NCBI GenBank assembly: GCA_015064395.1
Contig: SVSH01000012.1
Coordinates: forward strand, 364-64,363
From: Oscillospiraceae bacterium
GTDB taxonomy: Bacteria; Bacillota; Clostridia; Oscillospirales; CAG-272
Reading direction: 5' to 3'
DNA length: 64,000 nt
Program-made: the position numbers and the translations under genes
In this document: in pieces, positions 7,490 through 16,507 of the stretch
Numbering within the stretch: position 1 is the first letter of the stretch
Layout of the letters: the number at the start of each line of letters is the position of its first letter
The notes under the pieces: generated by a model
What the model was told of the DNA's origin: nothing
Seen by the model: only the letters and a program-made list of their open reading frames with translations
Database searches by the model: none

Positions 7490-8437
7490 ATGAAGCAATA
7501 CATCGGTGTAGATATTGGCGGCACCAAGATCGCCATCGTCAAGGGCGATGAGCTTGGCAACGTCACCCAAAAGATCCGGTTTGAAAACAACGGATGCGTC
7601 AAGGATTGTCTGGACCGTATCCTTGCGGCAGTCAAGGAGATGGGAAAGGCAGATGCCATCGGTATCAGCTGCGGCGGCCCCCTGGATGCGCAAAAGGGGC
7701 TCATTCTCTCCCCGCCCAATCTGCCCGGTTGGGATGAAATCGCCATCGTAGAAATGCTTGAAAATGCAACCGACACCCCTACCTTCTTGCAAAATGACGC
7801 TGATGCCTGCGCGTTGGCTGAATGGAAATTCGGCGCGGGGCAAGGCACAAAAAATATGATCTTTCTGACCTTCGGCACCGGTCTTGGCGCAGGGCTCATT
7901 CTGGGCGGTGCCCTGTATTCAGGCACTTGCGGCATGGCGGGTGAGGTCGGCCACATGGCACTGGAGAAGGATGGTCCCGTCGGCTACGGCAAGGCAGGCT
8001 CGTTCGAGGGCTTCTGCTCGGGCGGAGGGCTGCGTCAGCTGGGCGTTGCCAAAGCGCGTCAGATGCTTGACGCAGGTCTGACCCCTTCCTTCTGCCCCGA
8101 CGAGTCCGCATTGTCCGCTGTCACCGCACAGCGCGTGGCTGAATGTGCCAACGAGGGACATGAGGATGCGCTTGCCGTCTATCGGCAGTGCGGAGAAATG
8201 CTGGGTCGAGGCCTGGCCGTTTTGGTCGACATTCTCAACCCCGAGCGCATCGTCATCGGCTCTATCTATGCCAGAGCCGGACATCTGTTGGATGAGGCAA
8301 TGTATAAGACTCTCGCCGAGCAAGCGCTTCCGCAATCGCTGAAGGCTTGCACCATCGTTCCCGCCGCGCTTGGCGAATCCATCGGTGACGTCGCCGCTCT
8401 GTCGGTCGCCGTCAACGGCTTACAAAGGAGAAATTGA
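7490..8437 (+). CDS. ROK-family sugar kinase
   Basis: IGVDIGGTKIA phosphate-1 motif and CGMAGEVGHM ROK signature. Starts 2 nt after the mannosidase stop. Confidence 0.85.
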   Translation: MKQYIGVDIGGTKIAIVKGDELGNVTQKIRFENNGCVKDCLDRILAAVKEMGKADAIGISCGGPLDAQKGLILSPPNLPGWDEIAIVEMLENATDTPTFLQNDADACALAEWKFGAGQGTKNMIFLTFGTGLGAGLILGGALYSGTCGMAGEVGHMALEKDGPVGYGKAGSFEGFCSGGGLRQLGVAKARQMLDAGLTPSFCPDESALSAVTAQRVAECANEGHEDALAVYRQCGEMLGRGLAVLVDILNPERIVIGSIYARAGHLLDEAMYKTLAEQALPQSLKACTIVPAALGESIGDVAALSVAVNGLQRRN

Positions 8438-8438
8438 C

Positions 8439-9038
8439 ATGAACCATATTCAAAATCTGATCGAGCGCTACCCTGCCCTTGCCGTTTGTGAGCAAGACGT
8501 CACGGCAGCAGCAGACTTGATGATCGACACCTATCGCCGCGGCGGCAAGGTGCTGCTTTGCGGCAACGGCGGGAGTGCTGCCGACTGCGATCACATCGCA
8601 GGTGAGCTGCTTAAGGGCTTTTTGTCCCTGCGTCCCGTGAGTGACACCACCATTCCCTCGCCTCTGCGAGAGAATCTTCAGGGCTCGCTCCCTGCCGTCT
8701 CGCTCCCCTCGCTGACGGCCGCTCTGACCGCGAGCCTCAATGACCTCGATCCCACCTACGCCTACGCACAGCTTTTGTACGGTCTGTGCAAGGAAGGAGA
8801 TCTGCTCATCGCCATCTCCACCTCGGGCAACGCCGCCAACGTCGGCCACGCCGCAACCCTGGCTCACGCCCTTGGCGGCAAGGTGCTCGCTCTGACGGGT
8901 GAAGGCGGTGGAAAGCTGGCCGGTCTTGCTGACGTTACCATCCGCGTCCCCGCCAAGCAGACCTATCAGATCCAGGAGTTCCATCTTCCCGTCTATCACG
9001 CGCTGTGCGCCGCTGTTGAGAGCGCACTGTTCGACTGA
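8439..9038 (+). CDS. SIS-domain sugar-phosphate isomerase (GmhA/DiaA-like)
   Basis: Trimmed to ATG 8439 behind AAAGGAG. Motifs GNGGSAADCDHIAGEL and ISTSGNAANV. Confidence 0.85.
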   Translation: MNHIQNLIERYPALAVCEQDVTAAADLMIDTYRRGGKVLLCGNGGSAADCDHIAGELLKGFLSLRPVSDTTIPSPLRENLQGSLPAVSLPSLTAALTASLNDLDPTYAYAQLLYGLCKEGDLLIAISTSGNAANVGHAATLAHALGGKVLALTGEGGGKLAGLADVTIRVPAKQTYQIQEFHLPVYHALCAAVESALFD

Positions 9039-9079
9039 TCCATCCATCACTGTCGGTCAAAACCGAGAAAGGAAATACG

Positions 9080-10237
9080 ATGTCTCTCTCTGATCGCGTT
9101 CAAAATCTGTTGCAAACTCGCACCATGGGCTCTCCCCTGAAGAAAATGTACAGCGACTACGTGTCCAACTACACCCAGCGCCAACTAATCAGCTTTGATA
9201 GCCTCGGTCTTCCCGGCCTTTGCGCCGTTCCTGAGGCGACCATTGACACTGAAACTCAAATCGAGGGCACGGGCGCGCTTCGCTGGGTCCTTCTCGAGGA
9301 GACGAGGGGACTTAAGCAAATGTGCTGGGCAAGCGGTCCTCAATTTGATCTGTGTGTCACAGACCGCAAAAAGACGACGCTGAAGCTGTGGCTGTTTCTT
9401 GACAGCACCGACGGCATCGTCTGCGATCACGACGCCATTTACGGTGCACAGGGCGGACAGGCGACCTTCTTCTTCCGTGTGATCGATCAAAACGGCGGCC
9501 AATACTGCTGGAACCACACACTGACGGGCGACGGCTGGCATGAGATCGAGCTGTCCTTTAACATCCACAACGGTTATTCCCCCGACTTTGATATGCACCA
9601 CATCACCGGCTTCTATATGATGTTCGACGGCCACGCCGGCACGGTCATCGAGCTGGATGACCTGCGCGTGGTGGAATATCAGACCGACTACGTCCCCTCT
9701 CCTGCGCCCGACGGCGGCAGACTCATCACCGAGAGTGAATATGATGCCCTCGACGGCGCCATCGTGCAGGAGTGGTACGGTGCGTCCTACGATACGACGG
9801 ACAAAATGAGCGGTAAATCCTCGCTTCGCTGTATCGGCGACGCAACGGTCAACGACTTCCGCACCAACGTGACTAATCTTGAAATTCCCATCACCTACGC
9901 CGAGGACGTGCTGGTGGTCTGGGCCAAGATCAAGGATCTGGACACCGTCAACAGCATTTTCATTGAGCTCAACGAGGTGCAGGACGTACACGAATACGAG
10001 ATCAGCATTCCGCGCGCGAAATTTGCGCACTACGGTCTTGCCCAGAGCGACACCTGGAGCCGCCTGATCATCCCGCTGTCCGATATGCGCCGCAATCTGC
10101 GTCCCGCTCAGTTTGGTGACGGCGAGAGCATCACACTACGCAACTTCCGCTACGTGCTGACGGCCAATGGAAATGCTACCTACGATAGCCATATCGATCT
10201 GGTTTATATCACAACAAAAGCGGCGCTTGGGCTATAA
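9080..10237 (+). CDS. hypothetical protein, two tandem beta-sandwich (CBM-like) halves, no signal peptide
   Basis: Good RBS (gaaagga). Each half ends in a ...W.(E/R).(I/L)...L(D/R)... pattern: GWHEIELSF...VIELDDLRVVEY and TWSRLIIPLSD...ITLRNFRYVL. The domain call is pattern recognition only. Confidence 0.55.
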   Translation: MSLSDRVQNLLQTRTMGSPLKKMYSDYVSNYTQRQLISFDSLGLPGLCAVPEATIDTETQIEGTGALRWVLLEETRGLKQMCWASGPQFDLCVTDRKKTTLKLWLFLDSTDGIVCDHDAIYGAQGGQATFFFRVIDQNGGQYCWNHTLTGDGWHEIELSFNIHNGYSPDFDMHHITGFYMMFDGHAGTVIELDDLRVVEYQTDYVPSPAPDGGRLITESEYDALDGAIVQEWYGASYDTTDKMSGKSSLRCIGDATVNDFRTNVTNLEIPITYAEDVLVVWAKIKDLDTVNSIFIELNEVQDVHEYEISIPRAKFAHYGLAQSDTWSRLIIPLSDMRRNLRPAQFGDGESITLRNFRYVLTANGNATYDSHIDLVYITTKAALGL

Positions 10238-10261
10238 CACGGGCTTTTTGCCAAATTTTTC

Positions 10262-10290
10262 TTGACAACAGCGCAAGATTATGATATAAT
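10262..10290 (+). promoter_or_regulatory. consensus sigma-A promoter with extended -10
   Basis: TTGACA (10262..10267), 17-nt spacer, TGaTATAAT (10282..10290). Confidence 0.7.
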
Positions 10291-10316
10291 ACCATCTGTA
10301 ACGAAAAACGCCCTTT

Positions 10317-10405
10317 CATAGGGGAGTAGTCAGCGCACACTGTGCGGTTTAAGTCAACATCCTGGCCAATTTTGGCTTGGCTTAAATGAAATGACCAGAC
10401 CTATG
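10317..10405 (+). promoter_or_regulatory. yybP-ykoY (Mn2+) riboswitch aptamer
   Basis: P1 cataGG/CCtatg encloses the hallmark GGGGAGUAG (10321..10329), GUCAACAU (10363..10370) and ...ACCAGACC before the 3' P1 strand. Same layout as the L. lactis element (GGAAAGGGGAGUAGC...UUGACAUA...AGCAAGACCUUUCC). Confidence 0.8.
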
Positions 10406-10438
10406 TACAGCAAATGCCTGTACATAGGTCTTTTTATT
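10398..10438 (+). terminator. riboswitch expression-platform terminator
   Basis: 13-bp stem gacctatgtacag/ctgtacataggtc, 7-nt loop, tttttatt. The 5' arm overlaps the P1 3' strand, which gives ON-switch logic. Confidence 0.8.
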
Positions 10439-10487
10439 CAGGTTACAATAATAAAATAGACATAAAACAAGAAAGGAACGCAACCAC

Positions 10488-13151
10488 ATGAAATTCTATT
10501 GCTCCTCCGTTCCGGACGTCATGCAACAGGTGCAAACCTCCGATACGGGGCTTGCCGCCGCCGAAGCGCAAGCACGTCTGGAAAAGAACGGAAAGAACAA
10601 GCTTGCCGAAGGCAAAAAAGAATCCCTGCTTCACCGCTTCTTCAAACAGCTGGCAGAGCCTATGACCATCATTCTCTTGGTCGCGGCCGCCATTTCCGCC
10701 GGCCTTGAGATCTATGAGGGCTTACAGCACGGCTTCGAGTTCCCTGCCGACGTCGTCATCATTCTCGCCGTCGTACTCATCAATGCGATCCTGGGCGTGT
10801 TCCAGGAAAGCAAGGCTGAGCAGGCGATCGAGGCCCTGCAGCAGATTGCCGCGGCGACGAGCAAGGTCATCCGCGACGGCAAGCAGATCAGCGTTAAGAG
10901 CGAGGACCTCGTCGTAGGCGACGTTATCGTGCTCGAGGCGGGCGACTCCGTCCCTGCCGACGCCCGTATCATTGAATGTGCCTCGATGAAGATCGAGGAG
11001 GCGGCCTTGACGGGCGAGTCGGTCCCCGTTGACAAGAAGGTCGAGGCTCTGACTGGCGGTGCCGAGGGCGACGTGCCCCTGGGAGACCGCAAGAACATGG
11101 TATTTATGGGCTCGACCGTCGTGTACGGTCGCGGCAAGGCCGTTGTAACGGCCACGGGCATGGATACCGAGATGGGTAAGATCGCCGACGCACTGGCCAA
11201 CGCCGAGGAGGGCAAAACGCCCCTTCAGATCAAGCTGGCAGGTCTTTCCAAGATCCTGACCTACCTTGTCATCGGCATCTGCGTGGTCATTTTTGCCGTT
11301 CAGCTTCTGCGCCACGGCTCCTTTGACTTTGAGCCTATCATTTCGTCCTTTATGCTTGCCATCTCGCTGGCCGTTGCGGCAATCCCCGAGGGTCTGGCAA
11401 CCGTCGTGACCATCGTGCTGTCGATCGGTGTCACCAACATGTCAAAGCAAAATGCCATCATCCGCAAGCTGACCGCCGTTGAAACACTGGGCTGTACCCA
11501 GATCATCTGCTCGGATAAGACGGGTACGTTGACCCAGAACAAGATGACCGTCGTCGAGCACTACGGCGAGGACGAGATCCTCTTGGCCACCGCCATGTCC
11601 ATGTGCTCGGACGCCGAGTTTGACCGCGAGGCAGGCACGGCTGTGGGTGAGCCCACCGAATGTGCGCTGGTCAACTACGCACAGACGCTGGGTTACGATA
11701 AAAACGATCAAAAGCAAGAATACGTCCGCGTGGGCGAGGTTCCCTTCGACTCCATGCGCAAGATGATGACCACCGTTCACAAAACCGCTGACGGCTCACT
11801 CGTTCAGTTCACCAAGGGTGCGCCCGACGAGATCCTCAAGAGATGCTCGACGGCGCTGGTCAAGGACGGCAAGACCATCACGCTCAACGACGCAACCCGC
11901 GCGATGATCCTGGCCGCCAACAAGAGTATGGCTGACCGTGCGCTTCGCGTACTGGCCGCCTCCTACAAAAAGCTGGACGCCGAGCCTTCTGTTTACGACT
12001 CCGACAACGTGGAGAACGACCTGTGCTTTGTAGGCTTGGTCGGCATGATCGACCCCGTTCGTCCCGAGGTAAAGCCCGCGATTGACGAGTGCCGCTCGGC
12101 CGGTATCCGCCCCATCATGATCACGGGCGACCACAAGGACACCGCCGTGGCGATCGCCATGCAGCTGGGTATCATAACGAGTGCTTCGCAGGCCATCACG
12201 GGATCGGAGCTTGACAAGATCTCGGACGAGGAATTCGAGAATGCCGTAGAGCAGTATTCGGTCTACGCCCGCGTTCAGCCCGAGCACAAGACCCGCATCG
12301 TCAACGCTTGGCGCAAAAAGGGCAAGGTCACCGCTATGACGGGGGACGGCGTCAACGACGCGCCCTCCATCAAGAACGCTGACATCGGTATCGGCATGGG
12401 CATCACGGGCACGGACGTGACCAAGAACGTGGCCGACATGATCCTGGCGGACGACAACTTCGCCACCATCGTATCGGCCGCCGCCGAGGGCCGCCGCATC
12501 TACGACAACATCCGCAAGGCCATTCAGTTCCTGCTTGCCTCCAACCTCTCCGAGGTTTTGGCGATCTTCTTTGCGACGCTTTTGGGTTTTACCATCTTCC
12601 AGCCGGTACAGTTGCTTTGGATCAACCTGATCACCGACTGCTTCCCTGCTTTGGCGCTGGGCATGGAGCAACCCGAGGCTAACGTCATGAAGCGTCAGCC
12701 CCGCGACTCCAAGGAAGGCATCTTCGCCGGTGGCTTGGGTGCGGCGGTCACTTACCAGGGCATTTTGGTCACAGCCATCACCATGATCTCCTATTTCGTA
12801 GGTCACTGGTATGAAACGGGTGACTTCGAGATCACCAACAGCGTCCACGGCACGACCATGGCCTTCTTGACGCTGGCCATGTGCGAGGTGTTCCATTCCT
12901 TCAATATGCGCTCGTTGCGCGGCTCCATTTTCGCTCTCAAGCGTCAGAACGCTTGGCTGTGGGGCGCGGGACTGCTCTCGCTCGTTCTGACCTCGCTCGT
13001 CGTTCTCATCGCACCCGTGGCTGACCTGTTCGGCATGGTCGCCATCGGCATCGACGAGTATCTCATTGCCATGGGCCTGGGCCTTTGCATCATTCCCATC
13101 GTGGAAGTTGTGAAGCTCGTGCACAGACTGATTGACAAGAAAAAAGCGTGA
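10488..13151 (+). CDS. P-type IIA cation-transporting ATPase (Ca2+/Mn2+ type)
   Basis: Motifs ICSDKTGTLTQN, MITGDH and TGDGVNDAPS; 887 aa with about 10 TM segments. Confidence 0.93.
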   Translation: MKFYCSSVPDVMQQVQTSDTGLAAAEAQARLEKNGKNKLAEGKKESLLHRFFKQLAEPMTIILLVAAAISAGLEIYEGLQHGFEFPADVVIILAVVLINAILGVFQESKAEQAIEALQQIAAATSKVIRDGKQISVKSEDLVVGDVIVLEAGDSVPADARIIECASMKIEEAALTGESVPVDKKVEALTGGAEGDVPLGDRKNMVFMGSTVVYGRGKAVVTATGMDTEMGKIADALANAEEGKTPLQIKLAGLSKILTYLVIGICVVIFAVQLLRHGSFDFEPIISSFMLAISLAVAAIPEGLATVVTIVLSIGVTNMSKQNAIIRKLTAVETLGCTQIICSDKTGTLTQNKMTVVEHYGEDEILLATAMSMCSDAEFDREAGTAVGEPTECALVNYAQTLGYDKNDQKQEYVRVGEVPFDSMRKMMTTVHKTADGSLVQFTKGAPDEILKRCSTALVKDGKTITLNDATRAMILAANKSMADRALRVLAASYKKLDAEPSVYDSDNVENDLCFVGLVGMIDPVRPEVKPAIDECRSAGIRPIMITGDHKDTAVAIAMQLGIITSASQAITGSELDKISDEEFENAVEQYSVYARVQPEHKTRIVNAWRKKGKVTAMTGDGVNDAPSIKNADIGIGMGITGTDVTKNVADMILADDNFATIVSAAAEGRRIYDNIRKAIQFLLASNLSEVLAIFFATLLGFTIFQPVQLLWINLITDCFPALALGMEQPEANVMKRQPRDSKEGIFAGGLGAAVTYQGILVTAITMISYFVGHWYETGDFEITNSVHGTTMAFLTLAMCEVFHSFNMRSLRGSIFALKRQNAWLWGAGLLSLVLTSLVVLIAPVADLFGMVAIGIDEYLIAMGLGLCIIPIVEVVKLVHRLIDKKKA

Positions 13152-13160
13152 ATATTTTTG

Positions 13161-13308
13161 TGGGGGAAACTTCTTGAAAGAAGTTTCCCCCACACCCCTT
13201 TCAAGAACTTTATTGAGGGAATATTTATTGTCAAATAGGGAAAGTATGTACGCTAACCCTTAGGTACTGCCGCGAGAAGCGGGGCCCCCTCCCCCATCTT
13301 CTCCACAA
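13161..13308 (+). repeat. stop-proximal hairpin repeat element, copy A
   Basis: tgggggaaacttcttgaaagaagtttccccca (13161..13192), box cccctttcaagaactttat, then second box taggtactgccgcgagaagcggggccccctcccccatcttctccacaa. Starts 9 nt after the ATPase stop. Confidence 0.8.
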
Positions 13309-13328
13309 CAACTGTTAGCCATAGAAAA

Positions 13329-13360
13329 CGGGAGACCCCGCAAAGGGTTCTCCCGGTTTT
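13329..13360. terminator. bidirectional terminator (serves yebC on the minus strand)
   Basis: cgggagacccc / ggggttctcccg-type stem with one mismatch, T-runs on both sides. Confidence 0.6.
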
Positions 13361-13364
13361 ACTA

Positions 13365-14096
13365 TTACTGCTCGTTTTCCCAGTTGTGGTAGACGTTGAT
13401 CACGTCGTCGTTATCGTCAAGGTACTCAAGGAGCAGCGACATATGCTTGATGTCGTCTTCACTCGTCAGCTCGACGTAGGTGTTGGGAAGCTTGGTCTGC
13501 TCGGCCGAAGCGATCTTGTAGCCCTCAGCCTCCAGCGCCTCCTTGATGTCGTAGACGTCGTCGACCTCGGTGGTGATCTCGTAGACGTTGTTCTCGCCCG
13601 CGAAATCCTCCGCGCCCGCCTCGAGTGCCTTTTCCATCAGCACGTCCTCGTCGATCTCCTCATCCTCATCCTCGATGATGATCAGACCCTTGGACTCAAA
13701 CATATAGCTGACGCAGCCCGTCTGACCCATATTGCCGCCAAATTTATCAAAGTAGTGGCGAACCTCGCCGGCGGTACGGTTGCGGTTATCCGTCGTGGTC
13801 TCAACGATGACGGCAACGCCGGCAGGGCCGTAGCCCTCGTATACGATCTCCTCGTAGTTGACGTCCTGTGCGCCCAGCGCCTTTTTGATGCAACGCTCGA
13901 TGTTATCGTTGGGGACGTTGTTGGATTTTGCCTTGGAGATCAGATCGCGCAGCTTGGAGTTGGAGTTGGGGTCGCCGCCGCCCATCTTGACGGCCACGGT
14001 GATCTCTTTACCGATCTTGGTGAAAATTTTCGCTTTTTGCGCGTCGGTCTTTTCTTTCTTGTGCTTGATATTCGCCCATTTGCTATGTCCGGACAT
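13365..14096 (-). CDS. yebC: YebC/PmpR-family DNA-binding regulator
   Basis: MSGHSKWANIKHKKEKTDAQKAKIFTKIGKEI is the invariant family N-terminus. Confidence 0.93.
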   Translation of the reverse strand: MSGHSKWANIKHKKEKTDAQKAKIFTKIGKEITVAVKMGGGDPNSNSKLRDLISKAKSNNVPNDNIERCIKKALGAQDVNYEEIVYEGYGPAGVAVIVETTTDNRNRTAGEVRHYFDKFGGNMGQTGCVSYMFESKGLIIIEDEDEEIDEDVLMEKALEAGAEDFAGENNVYEITTEVDDVYDIKEALEAEGYKIASAEQTKLPNTYVELTSEDDIKHMSLLLEYLDDNDDVINVYHNWENEQ

Positions 14097-14133
14097 ATTG
14101 TATACCTCGTTATCTCAATAAATTTTAATCAAA

Positions 14134-15885
14134 TCAGATCTGCTCGATCTTGCGCAGGCAGATGAGCTCAAATGCGTTGCCCAGCACCGTCTTGGTAGCG
14201 GCGGTGAGAGCCAGGCGCAGCTTGCGTACGCTCTCGTCCTCGGCTGAGAGGATGGGGCAATCGTGGTAGAAGCGGTTGAAGGCGGCGGCCACGTCGAGAA
14301 TGTAGCGGGTAATCTCGCTCGGCTCGTAGTCGCGGATGGCACCCTCGACACACTCGCCAAAACGGGACAGCGTCTTGAGCAGCTCCTTCTCCTGCGGCTC
14401 GGTCACGGCATTCAGATCTCCCTCAATCGTCACACCTGCATCATTGGCACGGCGGACGATGGAGCAGGTTCTCGCATAGGTGTACTGCACGTAAGGACCG
14501 GTATTACCGTCGTAGCTCAGGGCATCCTCCATGTTGAAGTTGATATCCTTGATGCGGTTGTTGGACAGGTAGTAGAAGACGATGGCACCCACGCCGACGG
14601 CCTCAGCGGCCTCGTCCTTATTCTCCAGGTTGGGGTTTTTCTCGTCCATGATCTGACGCACCTTGTCGATCGCGGCGGCGAACAGATCGCGAAGCAGCAC
14701 GACGTTACCCGTTCTCGTTGCCAGCTTGGCACCGTTGATACTCACCATACCGTAGGGCACGTGGACCAGTTGATCGTACCAATCGTAGCCCATCAGCTCG
14801 ACCACCTTGAACCACTGGGCAAAGTGCAGGCTCTGCTGGGCGGCGGTGACGTAGATGGCCTTATCGAAGTTATACTCATTCTTGCGGTAAACAGCGGCGG
14901 CGATGTCGCGGGTGGGATACAGGGTCGACCCGTCGCGCTTGAGAATGAGGCAAGGCGGCATGCCGTACGCCTCCAGATCGACGATGCTGGCGCCGTCGCT
15001 GATCTGCATCAGGCCCATATCGCGCAGCTTTTGCACCTGAGCGGGCATCTTATCGGTGTAGAAGCTCTCGCCCTTGTAGGAGTCGAAGGTGATACCGAGC
15101 TGACGGTAGGTCTGCTCGTATTCGGCAAGGCTGATCTCAACGAACCACTTCCACAGCGCGATGTTTTCCTCGTCACCAAGCTCAAGCTTGTGGAACTCGG
15201 CACGCGCCTCGTCGGCAAGCTGGGGATCGGGGGCGATGCCCTCGGCTTCGTTGCCCGAGATGGCGTTGTTGACCTTGACGTAAAGCTCGACCAACTTATC
15301 AACGCCGCCCTCCTCAATCATCTCGCGGTTGCCCCAACGGCGGTAGGCTACGATGAGCTTACCGAACTGGGTGCCCCAGTCGCCGAGATAGTTGATGCCG
15401 ACGCACTGGTAGCCGGCAAACTCGTGCAGCTTTTTGAGCGAATGGCCGATGACCGTTGTTCCAAGGTGGCCGATGTGGAAGGGCTTGGCGACGTTGGGCG
15501 AGGAGTAGTCCAGCACCACAGTCTTGCCCTCACCAAAGGTGGGTGCGCCGTATGTTTCGCCCTTTTCGAGGATCTCGGGCAGGACGCGAGCGGTCAGCGC
15601 GGTGGCGGACAGCGTCATATTCAGGTATCCATTGACGTTTTCGGCGTGGTCGATATACTCACAACCGCCGTTGAGTCCTTCTGCGATGGCAGAGGCGATC
15701 TGCACGGGTGCGCGACGCAACGTCTTGCTCAAACGGAAGCAAGGAAACGCAAGGTCGCCCATACTCACGTCGGGGGGATACTCCAGCCAGCCGGCGATAT
15801 CGGCGGCGGCCATTTCCACGTTGGGAGAGATGTTCTTGATGCACTCCAGAATTTTTTGTGCGATAGTCGCTTTGATGTTCAGCAT
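14134..15885 (-). CDS. argS: arginine--tRNA ligase
   Basis: 583 aa, class I HIGH motif (PFHIGHLG), ArgRS N-terminal and anticodon-binding architecture. Confidence 0.93.
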   Translation of the reverse strand: MLNIKATIAQKILECIKNISPNVEMAAADIAGWLEYPPDVSMGDLAFPCFRLSKTLRRAPVQIASAIAEGLNGGCEYIDHAENVNGYLNMTLSATALTARVLPEILEKGETYGAPTFGEGKTVVLDYSSPNVAKPFHIGHLGTTVIGHSLKKLHEFAGYQCVGINYLGDWGTQFGKLIVAYRRWGNREMIEEGGVDKLVELYVKVNNAISGNEAEGIAPDPQLADEARAEFHKLELGDEENIALWKWFVEISLAEYEQTYRQLGITFDSYKGESFYTDKMPAQVQKLRDMGLMQISDGASIVDLEAYGMPPCLILKRDGSTLYPTRDIAAAVYRKNEYNFDKAIYVTAAQQSLHFAQWFKVVELMGYDWYDQLVHVPYGMVSINGAKLATRTGNVVLLRDLFAAAIDKVRQIMDEKNPNLENKDEAAEAVGVGAIVFYYLSNNRIKDINFNMEDALSYDGNTGPYVQYTYARTCSIVRRANDAGVTIEGDLNAVTEPQEKELLKTLSRFGECVEGAIRDYEPSEITRYILDVAAAFNRFYHDCPILSAEDESVRKLRLALTAATKTVLGNAFELICLRKIEQI

Positions 15886-15930
15886 TTTATTGTTCCTTTA
15901 CTGACAGTAAATAATATTCATAACTTATAC

Positions 15931-15959
15931 ATTATACACGATTGTTTCTCGTTTCGCAA
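15931..15959 (-). promoter_or_regulatory. sigma-A promoter for argS
   Basis: Minus strand: TTGCGA, 17-nt spacer, TATAAT (plus-strand attata 15931..15936, tcgcaa 15954..15959). Confidence 0.5.
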
Positions 15960-16017
15960 GAGCAAAACGGGAGTAAAATCAAATATTTTTGCCCTTTCGG
16001 GGCTTTTTTCCTCAAAA

Positions 16018-16506
16018 TCAAGCCTCAGGCAGGCAAAAATCTGCCGTTTTGGCGTTCAAAAACGCAAGCAGCTCACGGACGGACAGGAGCAGTTGAATCC
16101 CCTTACATCCTGCGCTGACCGTGATCTTGTCATGGTCAAGGGCGGAGGAATGGACGATCGTTGGGAACTTCTTTTTCATGCCGATGGGCGAGCAGCCGCC
16201 GCGGATATAGCCCGTCAGGGCGAGCAGGTCCTTGACGTGCACCATTTCGATCTTTTTGTTGCCCGTCAGAGCGGCAGCCTTTTTCAGGTCGATCTCGCGG
16301 TGAACGGGCAGGCAGAACACCAAGGGACCCGTCTTATCGCCCGTAGCGACCAACGTCTTGAAGGTACGCTCAAAGGGCAGACCGATCTGCTCGGCGATAT
16401 GGACGCCCGAGAGGTCGTTTTCATCGACGATATACGTTTTGGGTTCATACGCGATGCGGGCGGCGTCAAGCTGGCGCATGGCGTTGGTTTTTAGGGGTTT
16501 TGGCAC
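16018..16506 (-). CDS. ybaK: Cys-tRNA(Pro)/Cys-tRNA(Cys) deacylase YbaK
   Basis: TNAMRQLDAARIAYE...FKTLV...TGYIRGGCSPIG pattern typical of YbaK. Confidence 0.85.
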   Translation of the reverse strand: MPKPLKTNAMRQLDAARIAYEPKTYIVDENDLSGVHIAEQIGLPFERTFKTLVATGDKTGPLVFCLPVHREIDLKKAAALTGNKKIEMVHVKDLLALTGYIRGGCSPIGMKKKFPTIVHSSALDHDKITVSAGCKGIQLLLSVRELLAFLNAKTADFCLPEA

Positions 16507-16507
16507 G

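Noticed and set aside
5365-7956. Minus-strand ORFs of 386 and 470 aa
   Set aside because: Antisense to the GH38 and ROK genes. Arg/Pro/Ala-rich nonsense translations.
14263-16494. 743-aa plus-strand ORF
   Set aside because: It runs antisense across argS and ybaK, both of which have unmistakable family motifs. The translation is low-complexity (G/V/L/D-rich) with no RBS, as expected for a shadow ORF in GC-rich coding DNA.
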